NCBI GenBank assembly: GCA_040285745.1
Contig: JAUFOR010000005.1
Location: forward strand, 62,001-126,000
Length of the DNA: 64,000 nt
Direction of reading: 5' to 3'
DNA from: Barthelona sp. PCE
Lineage: Eukaryota
Part shown: piece after piece, positions 19,308 through 29,423 of the stretch
Position numbering within the stretch: position 1 is the first letter of the stretch
Layout: each line of letters starts with the position of its first letter
Translations under genes and position numbers: made by a program
The notes under the pieces: model-generated
Seen by the model: only the letters and a program-made list of their open reading frames with translations
What the model was told of the DNA's origin: nothing
The model's database searches: none

Positions 19308-21227
19308 TTACATCATTGAGTCAAAACCATTATGATGAATTATTTGAGCTTCATCCAAAAATTCCAGTAAACTCAAACAAAAACGTTTTTCAACGAATGT
19401 TTGGTCTTCTACATTTAACTGATACCTCTTATATGACACTTCGAAATTGCATATATGCTTTTGAACAATACAAATATCACATATTCCAATAACAAAAAAT
19501 AAATTATCTTCCCATGTTCTTAAAAACGGCATAAACCAATTCAAATCGTCTATTCCATCTTCATTGATGCAATATACTCTGCCTTTATGAACAAAATGAT
19601 TAATGTTAATAAAGAAAATCGACTCATCACTATCACAATTGAATATGAAATTTTTTACGTTATTATTAACACTATCCCAAACTATAAAACGAGAATCGTA
19701 TCCCCGTATAAACACCATTGATGAATTGAATGGATTTGCTACTATATCTGATAAATAATTATTTTCTAAAAATCTACAACTAGGTTCATCTATTGTCTGT
19801 ACAAAAAGCCCCATATCATCACTATAAGTGTATGCAATGTTATCAGTTAACGATATTCTAGAACATTCATTGAACAATTTCCGATTTTGTGTGAATGTAC
19901 CAGAAACAGAAGCTACAATAGCTCCATTATGATTTGCATCACCAAATTTCCAATTTGAACACATCATGTCAAAACTATGCAACACATTACCGCTACATAT
20001 ATCCACAACTTCAATAATAGAACCATTTGAGCGTATAAAATGAGTTGATCTGATTTTAAATAAAACACAATTACTTTTTGATCGGTTGTCACTGAATTGC
20101 TCTGATCCAGTGAATAAATATACACATTTTTCCCAAAATGAAAAGCACAGCGAACAACCTTTGGAGTGTAGCATTGGTAAATCACAAAAAGTCTGCTTAC
20201 ACAGAGCACTATGTTTTTGAATTGAAGCAAGTGAATCTGAATTATTAACTATATTCAAACTATCTACACTTCCCTCATCATCTATGCTCAAAATTGTGTT
20301 CCTAATACAACATATATTAGTGTACATGATACTACGCATTGAAGCATCATAGATAAATTTGCTAGTATTTAGTTCATAAGCAAATATGTTACCATCAACG
20401 CCAAAAAAATAAAAAATGTTGTTTTGAAAGAATACAAATCTGATTTTGCAACAATCAAATCCAAACTGAATTGAATCAGTGTCAATATAAGGTGTACCAT
20501 TGTGTTTGCAAATAATAAAATACACTTTGTTCATTGTCACTATTAAATCTTTATAGATAGGGTGGTTACATACCCTGATGATATAACACGCGTTATCATC
20601 CTCATCCGAGTCCATATCATCCTCGTTGATCTCAAAAGGAAAAATGAGTGTCTTTTGCATTAATTGTTCATCCTTTTCATAAATAACAATAAAGTTGTTA
20701 TCATTCAAATGCAAATAGCTGAAGTAAGAGTAAGTATCAAAGTTAGAAAATGATGAGTCTCTAATGAGCTCATGAGTGCGAGTGCTTATATCAAATGCAA
20801 TAATTCCATCATCACTTTCTGATAACATAAAACGATTTCTAATAACACAATGCGGCTCACCGATCTCGTCTGTTATCCTGAACGTGTGGCAATTACTGAA
20901 CGTGTTGTCACGTTGGAACTCATAAATCCCAACAATACCATCATAAAATCCATTCCCGACAGAATATACATGGTTATATGAGCATTTAGACGGCATTAGA
21001 TTGCTCATCAGCTCACTACTAACATTGTGAAGTGATGCGTGCCTCAAAACAAAGGAATTATTGACTCCAGCTTCGTTGCTAATCAAAGAGTAAAAAAGAC
21101 CATCGGATTCTGGAACAAGTGCGAACTCCCCAACATCTTTTGAACGCAATCTCATGTAAAGGGAAAGTATAGGTAAAACAACAATATCTTTCTTCATGAC
21201 GTTTTTTGATACTTTAAAACGAGTCAA
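19308..21227 (-). CDS. Unassigned multicopy family protein (subfamily B), ~630-639 aa
   Basis: Intact ORF, paralog of 13159..14970. The codon aligned with the paralog's ATG is TTG (21227); the first in-frame ATG is 21197. Confidence 0.8.
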   Translation of the reverse strand: MTRFKVSKNVMKKDIVVLPILSLYMRLRSKDVGEFALVPESDGLFYSLISNEAGVNNSFVLRHASLHNVSSELMSNLMPSKCSYNHVYSVGNGFYDGIVGIYEFQRDNTFSNCHTFRITDEIGEPHCVIRNRFMLSESDDGIIAFDISTRTHELIRDSSFSNFDTYSYFSYLHLNDNNFIVIYEKDEQLMQKTLIFPFEINEDDMDSDEDDNACYIIRVCNHPIYKDLIVTMNKVYFIICKHNGTPYIDTDSIQFGFDCCKIRFVFFQNNIFYFFGVDGNIFAYELNTSKFIYDASMRSIMYTNICCIRNTILSIDDEGSVDSLNIVNNSDSLASIQKHSALCKQTFCDLPMLHSKGCSLCFSFWEKCVYLFTGSEQFSDNRSKSNCVLFKIRSTHFIRSNGSIIEVVDICSGNVLHSFDMMCSNWKFGDANHNGAIVASVSGTFTQNRKLFNECSRISLTDNIAYTYSDDMGLFVQTIDEPSCRFLENNYLSDIVANPFNSSMVFIRGYDSRFIVWDSVNNNVKNFIFNCDSDESIFFININHFVHKGRVYCINEDGIDDLNWFMPFLRTWEDNLFFVIGICDICIVQKHICNFEVSYKRYQLNVEDQTFVEKRFCLSLLEFLDEAQIIHHNGFDSMM

Positions 21228-21343
21228 ACTCGAAGATAAACGTTATCTAACGAATCATATTCACAGTATATTGGAGTTCATCAAACCTGTTTTACTTTTC
21301 TTACTTTCTTTCCACCTATCTTCCTGTTTATTGCAGTTTCATC

Positions 21344-22828
21344 ATGTCAAGTCTAAACAAAGACACTGATTCTGACATTGAAAAAGGAGAATCAGTTACT
21401 TATTTTTCCAATGCTGAAATTTTTCGTCGAAAGCGGGGAGCCATTGATATTGAAATGGGTAAACAGCTCCCATTCAAACAGCAGAGCATCCGTCCACATT
21501 CAATTTCCCCGGGAATTTCTGACTCACAATCAGTTCATCACTCATCTTTGATAACGAAGAACCTGAGCACACCTCTCCAGTACACGACACTGCACCTCAT
21601 AATGAAGAAGAGGATATGTATTCACTGTTTGATGGTGTTGTATGATCTGTTTTACCTTCCTTCTACTCGTTATGATGATGATCTTGATGAGAAAGGGGTA
21701 GTAAGTTCAATTTATTTGTGTTGAATCCAACCAAGGGTAGAGCCGTCACTTATTATGCTGAGTTTGCTCGTTATCATGATCAATTCTTATTGGAAAGAGA
21801 TTATGTTCATCCTACCTATACAATTATTTAAAAAAATGAAAAAACGCATTTAATAACTCCTGATAATATCTTTCGTATGATGTATTGGTTCTTAAAAGAC
21901 AATTTAAAGTTCAAAATATCAAAAATGACTGTCAATAAGAGTAATAATTCTAGATGTTTTAATGTTAGCAATAGAAAAGAAAAATCACTTGATTATAAGT
22001 TTAGTGTTCAATGCGGGAATGGTGCTGACAGCATCCGGATGCTGACTGTTGTCCTGCAACACAAAGGAAAAAGTATCACTATACCGATCGTTAAAGGGTT
22101 ACTTGGGGATTATGTGCATCTAAGCGATTATGATATGGTGTTTGATTTTGCTTATCTTTTCCAGACCTTATCTGTTATGCGTACCCTGTCACCCCCAAAA
22201 AACTCGAATGCCAACTTTCAGTTTTTTCGAGTTGTTTCACAAGATGCCATCCCATTACAATCCTGACGAAGATGTGACCCCTCACAGCGTCGATGAACGC
22301 ATGCACGCTGGATATTTGTATCTGGCTCTGAACACTATTCGGTACTTGGTTCTTCATCCTGTTGATGTTCATTATAACCTGGATGATGAAGATACTACGC
22401 CTTGCATCGGGACAAGTGACAGTTTCATAATTTTCACCGAGTCGAGAGATGATGAGGACGAGGATAAAGTACTTCATACTTCGGAATCCAGAATTCATAT
22501 CCGTAGTGCTTTGCTCACCCTGTCCACCGGTAACCTCATGTATCTCTTCGATAAGATCCCTAGAAATACAGATTGTATCATTCCAAAGTGTTGCAGCCAT
22601 CCCCCACCGGTTTTGTTTCCAGTTTATACTTTCCACAGCACTATGTTTTTCCCAATCCCAAAGACATTAAAAGTACAAGATGGCGAGGTCTGGTGCTGTG
22701 ATGTTGCCGTATTTCAGCATTGCTACGTCCAAATAAAGCTTTATAAATACAATAAGCACATATCTTTGGAAACTGAAATGTGCGACGTGCGTCACCACGA
22801 AGCGGAAGTTCCATTTTCCCAAAAGTAA
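21344..22828 (+). pseudogene. Disrupted gene of unknown function (several frameshifts and an in-frame TAA)
   Basis: ORFs 21344..21724, 21877..22266 and 22130..22828 can be chained. There is a frame switch near GAAAGGGGTA (~21695), an in-frame TAA at 21829..21831 directly upstream of the 21877 frame, and another switch where the last two ORFs overlap. Confidence 0.6.
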
Positions 22829-22871
22829 TTGAATTTAAATATATTTTCCATGCCTCTATTGTCCATGTGAA

Positions 22872-25052
22872 CTATACGTGTTCATGATAATCGGGCATAT
22901 GGTACTCAACGATGGATGCTTCGGCCAGGAACGATGGAAGGTGGAACGTTTCCACAGTGGGATTGATCGATTCTGGGTCTTCCTCAATGTTATATGTTTT
23001 CAACATCATTGTCTTGGTCTCCTCTTTGTAATACATGCCTTGAACAGTGTTATTGGGCAGATTTGGATTATGGTTTTGCTTCATATTGGTATAGGGATAA
23101 TATAATAAATTGTCGTTTCTGAAAAAACGCGTCTTAATTGCACCGTCTTCAATGTATACTTTAATGATACCACCCACTACGTGTATGTATGAATCTCCCA
23201 CGAAATTGCGGATACTGTGGCCTTCCACGATGTAATAATTGTCCGAATCATATTCTGATTCTTGGTAATAATAGTCTTTCTCCCCTTCCCTATCATATGA
23301 TTTTTTCCAAATGAGAACAGGCTCTAAGAAGCTTCCTGTTGACCAATCAAGACAGTGTAAATGTTGCGTTTGTGATTCTTCACTGCGTCTATGTACAACA
23401 AACAGCTGATGATCAGGTGTTTCAGCCAATGGACGAGGGTTGAAGTAAACATCTACTACAGATCTATATTCAAAAACAATGTGCTTTTGAACCTCCACGT
23501 CATACCCGTTGACACTGAGCTGAAAAAAATGGATTGCTTCATCACATAAAATGCACGCTGAATTATCAAAATGTGAATCATGAACACTTTGAACATGAAT
23601 CGGTGGAAGCTCTAAAATCAGCTCATTTCCCAAATACACCAAGCCTGCAAGACGGTCAACATTGACAGGCAACCCTTGAATAAAACCTAAGTATGTAAAG
23701 CCACAATGAGGTAAAATGGTTGTGATTGGCTTGGATTCTGAGCCATGCCAGTGAATTTTGACATATGTCTTTGTTTCACTATGTTTCTTTGCCATTACAA
23801 AAAAATCACCTGCTTCATTTGATTGAACTGATTCGATCACGTAGCGCATATGTGAAAACGGTTTCCTACACCCACGCAGCACAATAAGCTTCCTTTCTTT
23901 GAAAAAAAAGTCACATCTTATTGAAGCGTTAGTATCATACACTTCCGCTATTCCATCAAAAAAAATTCCTCTTGGATGAATAGTTTTCAAATGCACAACC
24001 TCCTTACTAGCCTCTCTAAATTTGATTGGGCCATAACGTCCTGTTATTTCATCAACACCATAAAAAACACAATCTTCATCACGAAAGTAATTATCGTTCA
24101 AATCTATATGCTTCAAGTCATCGCAGAGTACATTCTTAAAATTCATTTCACCCTCTGACATCTTCAATTCACCGTTTTCGATATGAATCACCTTGATACC
24201 TGATCCAATGAATACCATTGACAACACATCTTGAGTGAGCGTTAATAATGTAAAATTCGAGTATCTATACATATTCAATCCTTTAAGCTGTGGAAACCTT
24301 TCTGTTAAGTTAACTTGGTTCCTCTGACAGTCAAATATTATTAGTTCATCAATTTCTTTATCACGAAACCTGACTGAGAAAATGCAATCCGAGTTTAAAC
24401 ACCTGAAGTGTTCTAAATGAACACCATGCAACTGCTCAATATCAGGTTCATGTGCCTCGTCCATGTCATCAACAGAAAAATTGTAATGCCATAGGGTATC
24501 ATCTTGGCATTTCTTTAACCAAATGTAGTTGTTTGTAAAATACGGAGAATCAATGATTGATTGAAAGCTATACTCTCCAAGACATCTATATTCCTCGGTT
24601 ATAACATTTAATATGTAGCACTACCACACTCTTCTATTATTAACGACATCACCAATGGTGAACATTAGGTGGTTTTCATCCATCGGAAATATTCTTGAAA
24701 GATATCTTAAGCTGTTCATCTCAAATGGGAAGGGTATTCTTCTGCTTGTATGTTCATCACTCATGATATGATCAAATAATAAGATATCAAGATGAGTTAA
24801 AATACCACTGTCATCACTAATCAAATCGATGATCATATAAGATTCTCCAGCTCTTAGCTTGTATGTGTACTTGAGAGGCTCACGCGTATTCTCCACGTAT
24901 CCAACAAAGTCCTTGCCTTCAATAGCGCTTTCAATGAGGCTGATGTTTTCTCTTGACTTAAGCAATATTAGGCCCTGGCCCTCAAATATCATCTGCCCCT
25001 CAGGATAAGCCTGCATGACAAGGTCATCCTCGAATTTTCGAACCCTGGGCAT
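22872..25052 (-). pseudogene. Family member (subfamily A), 726 codons with a single in-frame TAG at codon 144
   Basis: ORFs 24621..25052 (starts MPRVRKF) and 22872..24464 are in the same frame. The linker reads RVW*CYILNVITEEYRCLGEY and aligns with TTHCYILNILTEQYRCLGEY in the paralog near bases 97..160. Confidence 0.8.
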
Positions 25053-25117
25053 GTGGATATGGTGAGAATACTGAAAACAATGAACAAATTTTCATAACCT
25101 CTTTCAGCTCGAAATTT

Positions 25118-25726
25118 ATGAGGAGAAATGCATCGAAAGCACGAAACATCGCGGATATAGCCCGGGAAGCGCCCAATTACGCTTCAAAAAGCACGTTTGA
25201 ACACGTTCATATCTTACTCTCCCCGTCTGACGGAGGTGCGTGGAGAGTTACCCTGCACTCGAGCACATGGGGCACGTTAATCGACACTTAGCTCGACAAC
25301 GACGTGTCATCACTCATCAACGAAGCAAATCCTGAAAAGGTATTGATGTCGTGCCACAACTGGGTGATCGTCACTAAGCACCTGCATCTGAATGAGTCTA
25401 TTATCGGCCTTTACAATATGGACTCTGGAGAGCATACGACTCTTCCGCATATTGTGACTGAGCTGGAAATTTTGATCTCAGCGAGCAACAGCAATACGTT
25501 TGATGCCTGTAACATGACAATGCGCGAAGAGATTGTGTTTGTGACGCTTTCGTTTCCAAGTAACAGGCTGTACACAATGAGAACTGCTAATAATGATGAC
25601 TCGATTCATGAATCCATGAATATGATTTCCAAACCTGGTGGTATAAATGCTCCTACAAATACTGAAGATTGTGAAATACTTCATGCCCATGGCACGCTTG
25701 TTAGACACGCTAGTTCGTAGGAGTAA
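25118..25726 (+). pseudogene. Probable gene fragment with in-frame TAG
   Basis: ATG at 25118 opens MRRNASKARN...WGTLIDT, then TAG at 25289..25291, continuing in frame into ORF 25304..25720, which ends TAG-GAG-TAA. No family recognised. Confidence 0.4.
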
Positions 25727-26115
25727 ATTTGCCTGAAGATAGTGCACGCGATCTTCTTCGATGCTCTGCGAGCACTCATTCAATTTTTTTTCCCTCTTTC
25801 GTTTATTTTTTTAAAAAGAGGGCAATGGAACAGTTCTCAGCGCAAGCGCAGCACTCGGGGTAGCTCGCCGCTCCCGGACAAGTGAAGTAAATTTCTAATA
25901 TCCTACGATACAGATATACTTAACTATTCACCATTTTTTGAAAGTACGTGCGGGCGAATTACAGACAGCAAGTAGCACAGGTCATGCATCGTTATCTGCT
26001 CGCGGATGAGGGATAACGAGATGCGATAGAAAAAGAAGGCATCAGGGAGTTTTAACGGGAAATTTACAAACGCCAAAATGGCTAAATACAAAGATAAACA
26101 AAATTAGGATTAATT

Positions 26116-26131
26116 GGTGTTTAAGAACACC
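26116..26131 (-). promoter_or_regulatory. Histone mRNA 3' stem-loop
   Basis: The minus strand reads GGTGTT-CTTA-AACACC: a perfect 6-bp stem with a 4-nt loop, opening GG/CC, preceded by an A-rich tract, 61 nt after the H4 stop codon. Confidence 0.75.
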
Positions 26132-26192
26132 TGTTTTTTGATGTTTTTTTTTAAGAAATATTGATTTTGCGCAGAACGCGAATTTGGGTTGT

Positions 26193-26510
26193 TTAGTAAC
26201 CGTACAGCTTACGGCCGGAACGCTTGAGGGCGTAACGGACATCGGTAGGAGTGACAGTAACACGACGAGCGTGAGTAGTGTAAACGATAGCATCACGAAG
26301 AACCTGGTTCAAGAATGAACGAAGGACGGAACGGGCCTCACCGTAGACGGTAGAGGAGATACGACGACAACCACCACGACGGGCGATACGACGAATGGAA
26401 GGCTTGGAAGGAGTCTGTGTGGCTCTTAGCACCTTGCGGTGACGAGAAGCTGTCTTAGCTTTTCCGCTTTTACCAGCGGCGGATTTTCCCTTTGCTTTAC
26501 CGGCGACCAT
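26193..26510 (-). CDS. H4: Histone H4, divergent
   Basis: [45 protein letters not shown] match the H4 core. Confidence 0.97.
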   Translation of the reverse strand: MVAGKAKGKSAAGKSGKAKTASRHRKVLRATQTPSKPSIRRIARRGGCRRISSTVYGEARSVLRSFLNQVLRDAIVYTTHARRVTVTPTDVRYALKRSGRKLYGY

Positions 26511-26838
26511 TGTATATAAATATAGATAATTGGTTAAACTGCAGTGGTTTATGCGCCGGCGAACAACCCCCTTCCTGCATTCAAGGGATATGCCTCTTTT
26601 CTATTTTTGCATATCCATGCGGCTTCACTGTTGGGATAAATCGATATAAACGAGAGTAAAGATGTGGATTTTGTAAATAATAGGAAAAATCAACTCGTCA
26701 CGATGTTTGCTTTCTTTTAACCTCATTCTAACATAGTCAATGTAAACCATGTGAAAAATTACACCACAGATGGGCTGATAATAGTGCGCATTAACGAAGG
26801 AACTTGCGTTTCTGTTTTCCATTTTTTCATCCCAAACA

Positions 26839-27252
26839 ATGTTTAGTTTAAAGGTTTTTGCATCCGCTGCGGGTATCCTGAACGTTTTAGCATTTTTGAC
26901 AATGGGCTACGATAAAAACCAGGCCAAGAAGAATGAGGGGCATCGTATCAGCGAGTTGACGCTTCACACATACTTATATCTGCTGGGAGGCATCGGAATT
27001 GTCTGTGGCATGTTTGTTTTCAGACATAAAACCCAAAAAGTAACCTTCAAACAGTGGAATTTTGCACTGATTTCTTACATAATATTCATCATCGCTTTGT
27101 ATCTTGATTACTATATCATGACGCTGTGCATGTTTGCGTTTGGCCTTTGCAACGTCCTTTACTTTGCATCTTCCCGCAAGCTGCTGAGCATGATTCTGTA
27201 CATACCACTTCTTATAATTCTGTCTGTAGTAGGCGTCATTTTCTCTATATAA
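26839..27252 (+). CDS. DUF1294-family membrane protein
   Basis: MGYDKxxAKK...RISExTLH...LGG-G...GMFVFRHKTQK signature, plus extra C-terminal TM helices. Confidence 0.8.
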   Translation: MFSLKVFASAAGILNVLAFLTMGYDKNQAKKNEGHRISELTLHTYLYLLGGIGIVCGMFVFRHKTQKVTFKQWNFALISYIIFIIALYLDYYIMTLCMFAFGLCNVLYFASSRKLLSMILYIPLLIILSVVGVIFSI

Positions 27253-27686
27253 CACATAAAGCAAGTGTAATGCTAATAATTGTTATTATTCAACCAAATA
27301 CAACTAATTGAGACGATTTTCGCACCAATCTTTCATAGTCTTGACGATTGAAAACAATACCATAGTGTTTTGAATTCAAATTCTCTTTTACTCAATGCAT
27401 GTCTATTTGTTATTTATTTAAAGCTGAAGAATGCACAAGATAGACATAGTGCACACAGTTAATGACTAATATCCATCTGTAAATCATTACATCACCATGT
27501 CGTCGATTCTTAATTCCATGAGTACAAGTGAATATGTTGAGTTCAACTTGGCTCAGTTTTTGCAACTTTAAATTGTGCTAAACATTTGTGGCGATTTATT
27601 TCTTCAGTCTTCTTCATAATCACATCATAGACCATAATCGTAGACATATCTGTAACACGCCAACCTATAGACATGATACTCAATAA

Positions 27687-28025
27687 TTACGAATGGAAAG
27701 CAGTGTAACTAAGGATCCAAGTAAGCACAAATGTTGCATACACTTGCATACCGCTATCCTTCAGCAGTTCAAGTCTGCCTCCGTATGAATCTTCATCCAC
27801 CTTAATTACTCTTGTAGTATAAGTGCTGAATACAAAGAAGAAAATTCCTGCTGCCACCAAATGACCTGTGGCTCCCCTGATACCTGTGAGGCCCACTACG
27901 AGGCCCACTGCTACTGCGATGATCACCTTAATCCAATAAAGAAGCTCAAGAAGATCAACTTCATTCATTTGACTGGAAGTGCGCTTCAGCGATTGGCTCA
28001 TTAGACTCTTAAATCTTTCAAACAT
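27687..28025 (-). CDS. RAB5IF: RAB5IF/OPTI-like (Rab5ip/EMC6 family) ER membrane protein
   Basis: YWIKVIIAVAVG, VDEDSYGGRLELLKD and FVLTWILSYTAFH match the family pattern (YWxRQII..., IDEEEYGG-WEL, WII-YT--H). Confidence 0.85.
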   Translation of the reverse strand: MFERFKSLMSQSLKRTSSQMNEVDLLELLYWIKVIIAVAVGLVVGLTGIRGATGHLVAAGIFFFVFSTYTTRVIKVDEDSYGGRLELLKDSGMQVYATFVLTWILSYTAFHS

Positions 28026-28375
28026 AATGATTTGACTGTGATCCTAGTTATAAAACGGAATATGGAAGGTAAGATAACTCTATACAAGAGATATGCTACG
28101 TGGTTTTCTAATGTATACTAAAAGATATTCTTAACCTGCAATTGGGAACCTTTTATACATTATAAAGTGGCAAATATGACCATACACTAACATAACGTTG
28201 AAATAACATTTCTCCCCTCATTCTATCATTCGGGCATTTGTTTCTTTTTAAGAGAAACATTTAATTCAGAGTTAGGTTAATTCCACCGTCCAAAACTAGC
28301 AAAATTCAGCAAAAAGTTGATATTTTATCTGAATCCCATCAGCTTCTCATAAATTTACATTCAATCCCATATGAC

Positions 28376-29206
28376 ATGACCACGCACGTATACCTCAAGC
28401 TATACAAACCCACACAATTACCATTTCTGCATAAAATGATGCGAAAAATTGGTATTCCATTCTATCACTCATCTGTCATTGTGAATGATAATGAATACAG
28501 TTTTATGGGCCATTCTGATGACTGGAGCGGCATTATTGATTCTTCAAAGGATAAACGCTTTGAATTATCGTCAGTAGTACCAGTAGGGAAAACTGTTTTT
28601 TCTCAACAATATATAGATCGAGTCATTGAAGAGTATGACCGTCTCTTTAAGGGAAGTGCTTACCATCTTTTTAATTTTAACTGTCATACATTTACTGAAA
28701 TGTTCATTAATGAATTACTGGATCAAACACCAACTTTTCAACTACCTTTTTTTATTACTAGATTGCAAAGAATATTCAATCCTTTCCAGATTATGTTACC
28801 TAATTTCCTTTTAATGCCAGAAAAAATTGAATATACATTTAAAACTGAATATGCTTATGATTCTTCTTCTGCACCATTATTAGGAATAAGTGAAAGTGAT
28901 ATGGATCTTGATATCTATACATATGATGATTATAGTGAATCTTCTCAATTAACAGAAGCAGATAAACATACTGATCGAGTTTTAACTATGCAACAATCAT
29001 TGGAGAAACTTCAAGCACAATTTGATAACGTTGAAATGGACAAAACGGATTTGATTGCCAAATTACTTTCAAAAACTTATGATAATCCTTCTTCAAGTGA
29101 ATATTATGATTATGATTCATTACTATCTGATCTATCTTCTGATGGAACTGATGCATCCGATAAAGTTGATCTATTTCTTCCAATGGTTGTTAAAACTGAG
29201 ACATAG
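28376..29206 (+). CDS. PPPDE/DeSI-family peptidase (deSUMOylase/deubiquitinase-like) with acidic tail
   Basis: Catalytic His motif YHSSVIVNDNEYSF and Cys motif YHLFNFNCHTF. Confidence 0.9.
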   Translation: MTTHVYLKLYKPTQLPFLHKMMRKIGIPFYHSSVIVNDNEYSFMGHSDDWSGIIDSSKDKRFELSSVVPVGKTVFSQQYIDRVIEEYDRLFKGSAYHLFNFNCHTFTEMFINELLDQTPTFQLPFFITRLQRIFNPFQIMLPNFLLMPEKIEYTFKTEYAYDSSSAPLLGISESDMDLDIYTYDDYSESSQLTEADKHTDRVLTMQQSLEKLQAQFDNVEMDKTDLIAKLLSKTYDNPSSSEYYDYDSLLSDLSSDGTDASDKVDLFLPMVVKTET

Positions 29207-29423
29207 CAACATTATGAACATGTAAAATTTGTGTATTAGTACGAAAACCATATTTAACGAGAATTTAGTCATAAGTTGTGGCTCTTTACGAACAAGCACT
29301 CAAATTAAAAGAGGTCCCCGAATCATAATTCATTCAAACAACCTGTTACATTTTTTTTCCACTTCTTTAGGGTTTCATATTTTTTATTCTTCTCTCTTTG
29401 AGGTTTTTCTTTTTTAGGTCATT

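Noticed and set aside
14990-19312. 8-bp target-site duplication flanking the hAT element
   Set aside because: Left flank CACTATAA does not match the right flank for any end position tried (GTACAATT, ACAATTAC, CAATTACA).
21701-21740. GTAAGT...AG as an intron repairing the 21344 gene
   Set aside because: The segment reads as plausible coding sequence in the downstream frame, and a TAA and further frameshifts remain, so a pseudogene is the simpler explanation.
24621-25291. TAG reassigned to an amino acid (alternative genetic code), suggested by two nearby in-frame TAGs
   Set aside because: ORFs of 3200-3600 codons and all conserved genes contain no in-frame TAG, and TAG ends genes at expected positions (e.g. 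22872, matching the paralog's end).
25905-25920. ACGATACAGA, resembling the U6 snRNA ACAGAGA region
   Set aside because: The box reads ACAGATA and the downstream AGC triad and internal stem-loop are absent.
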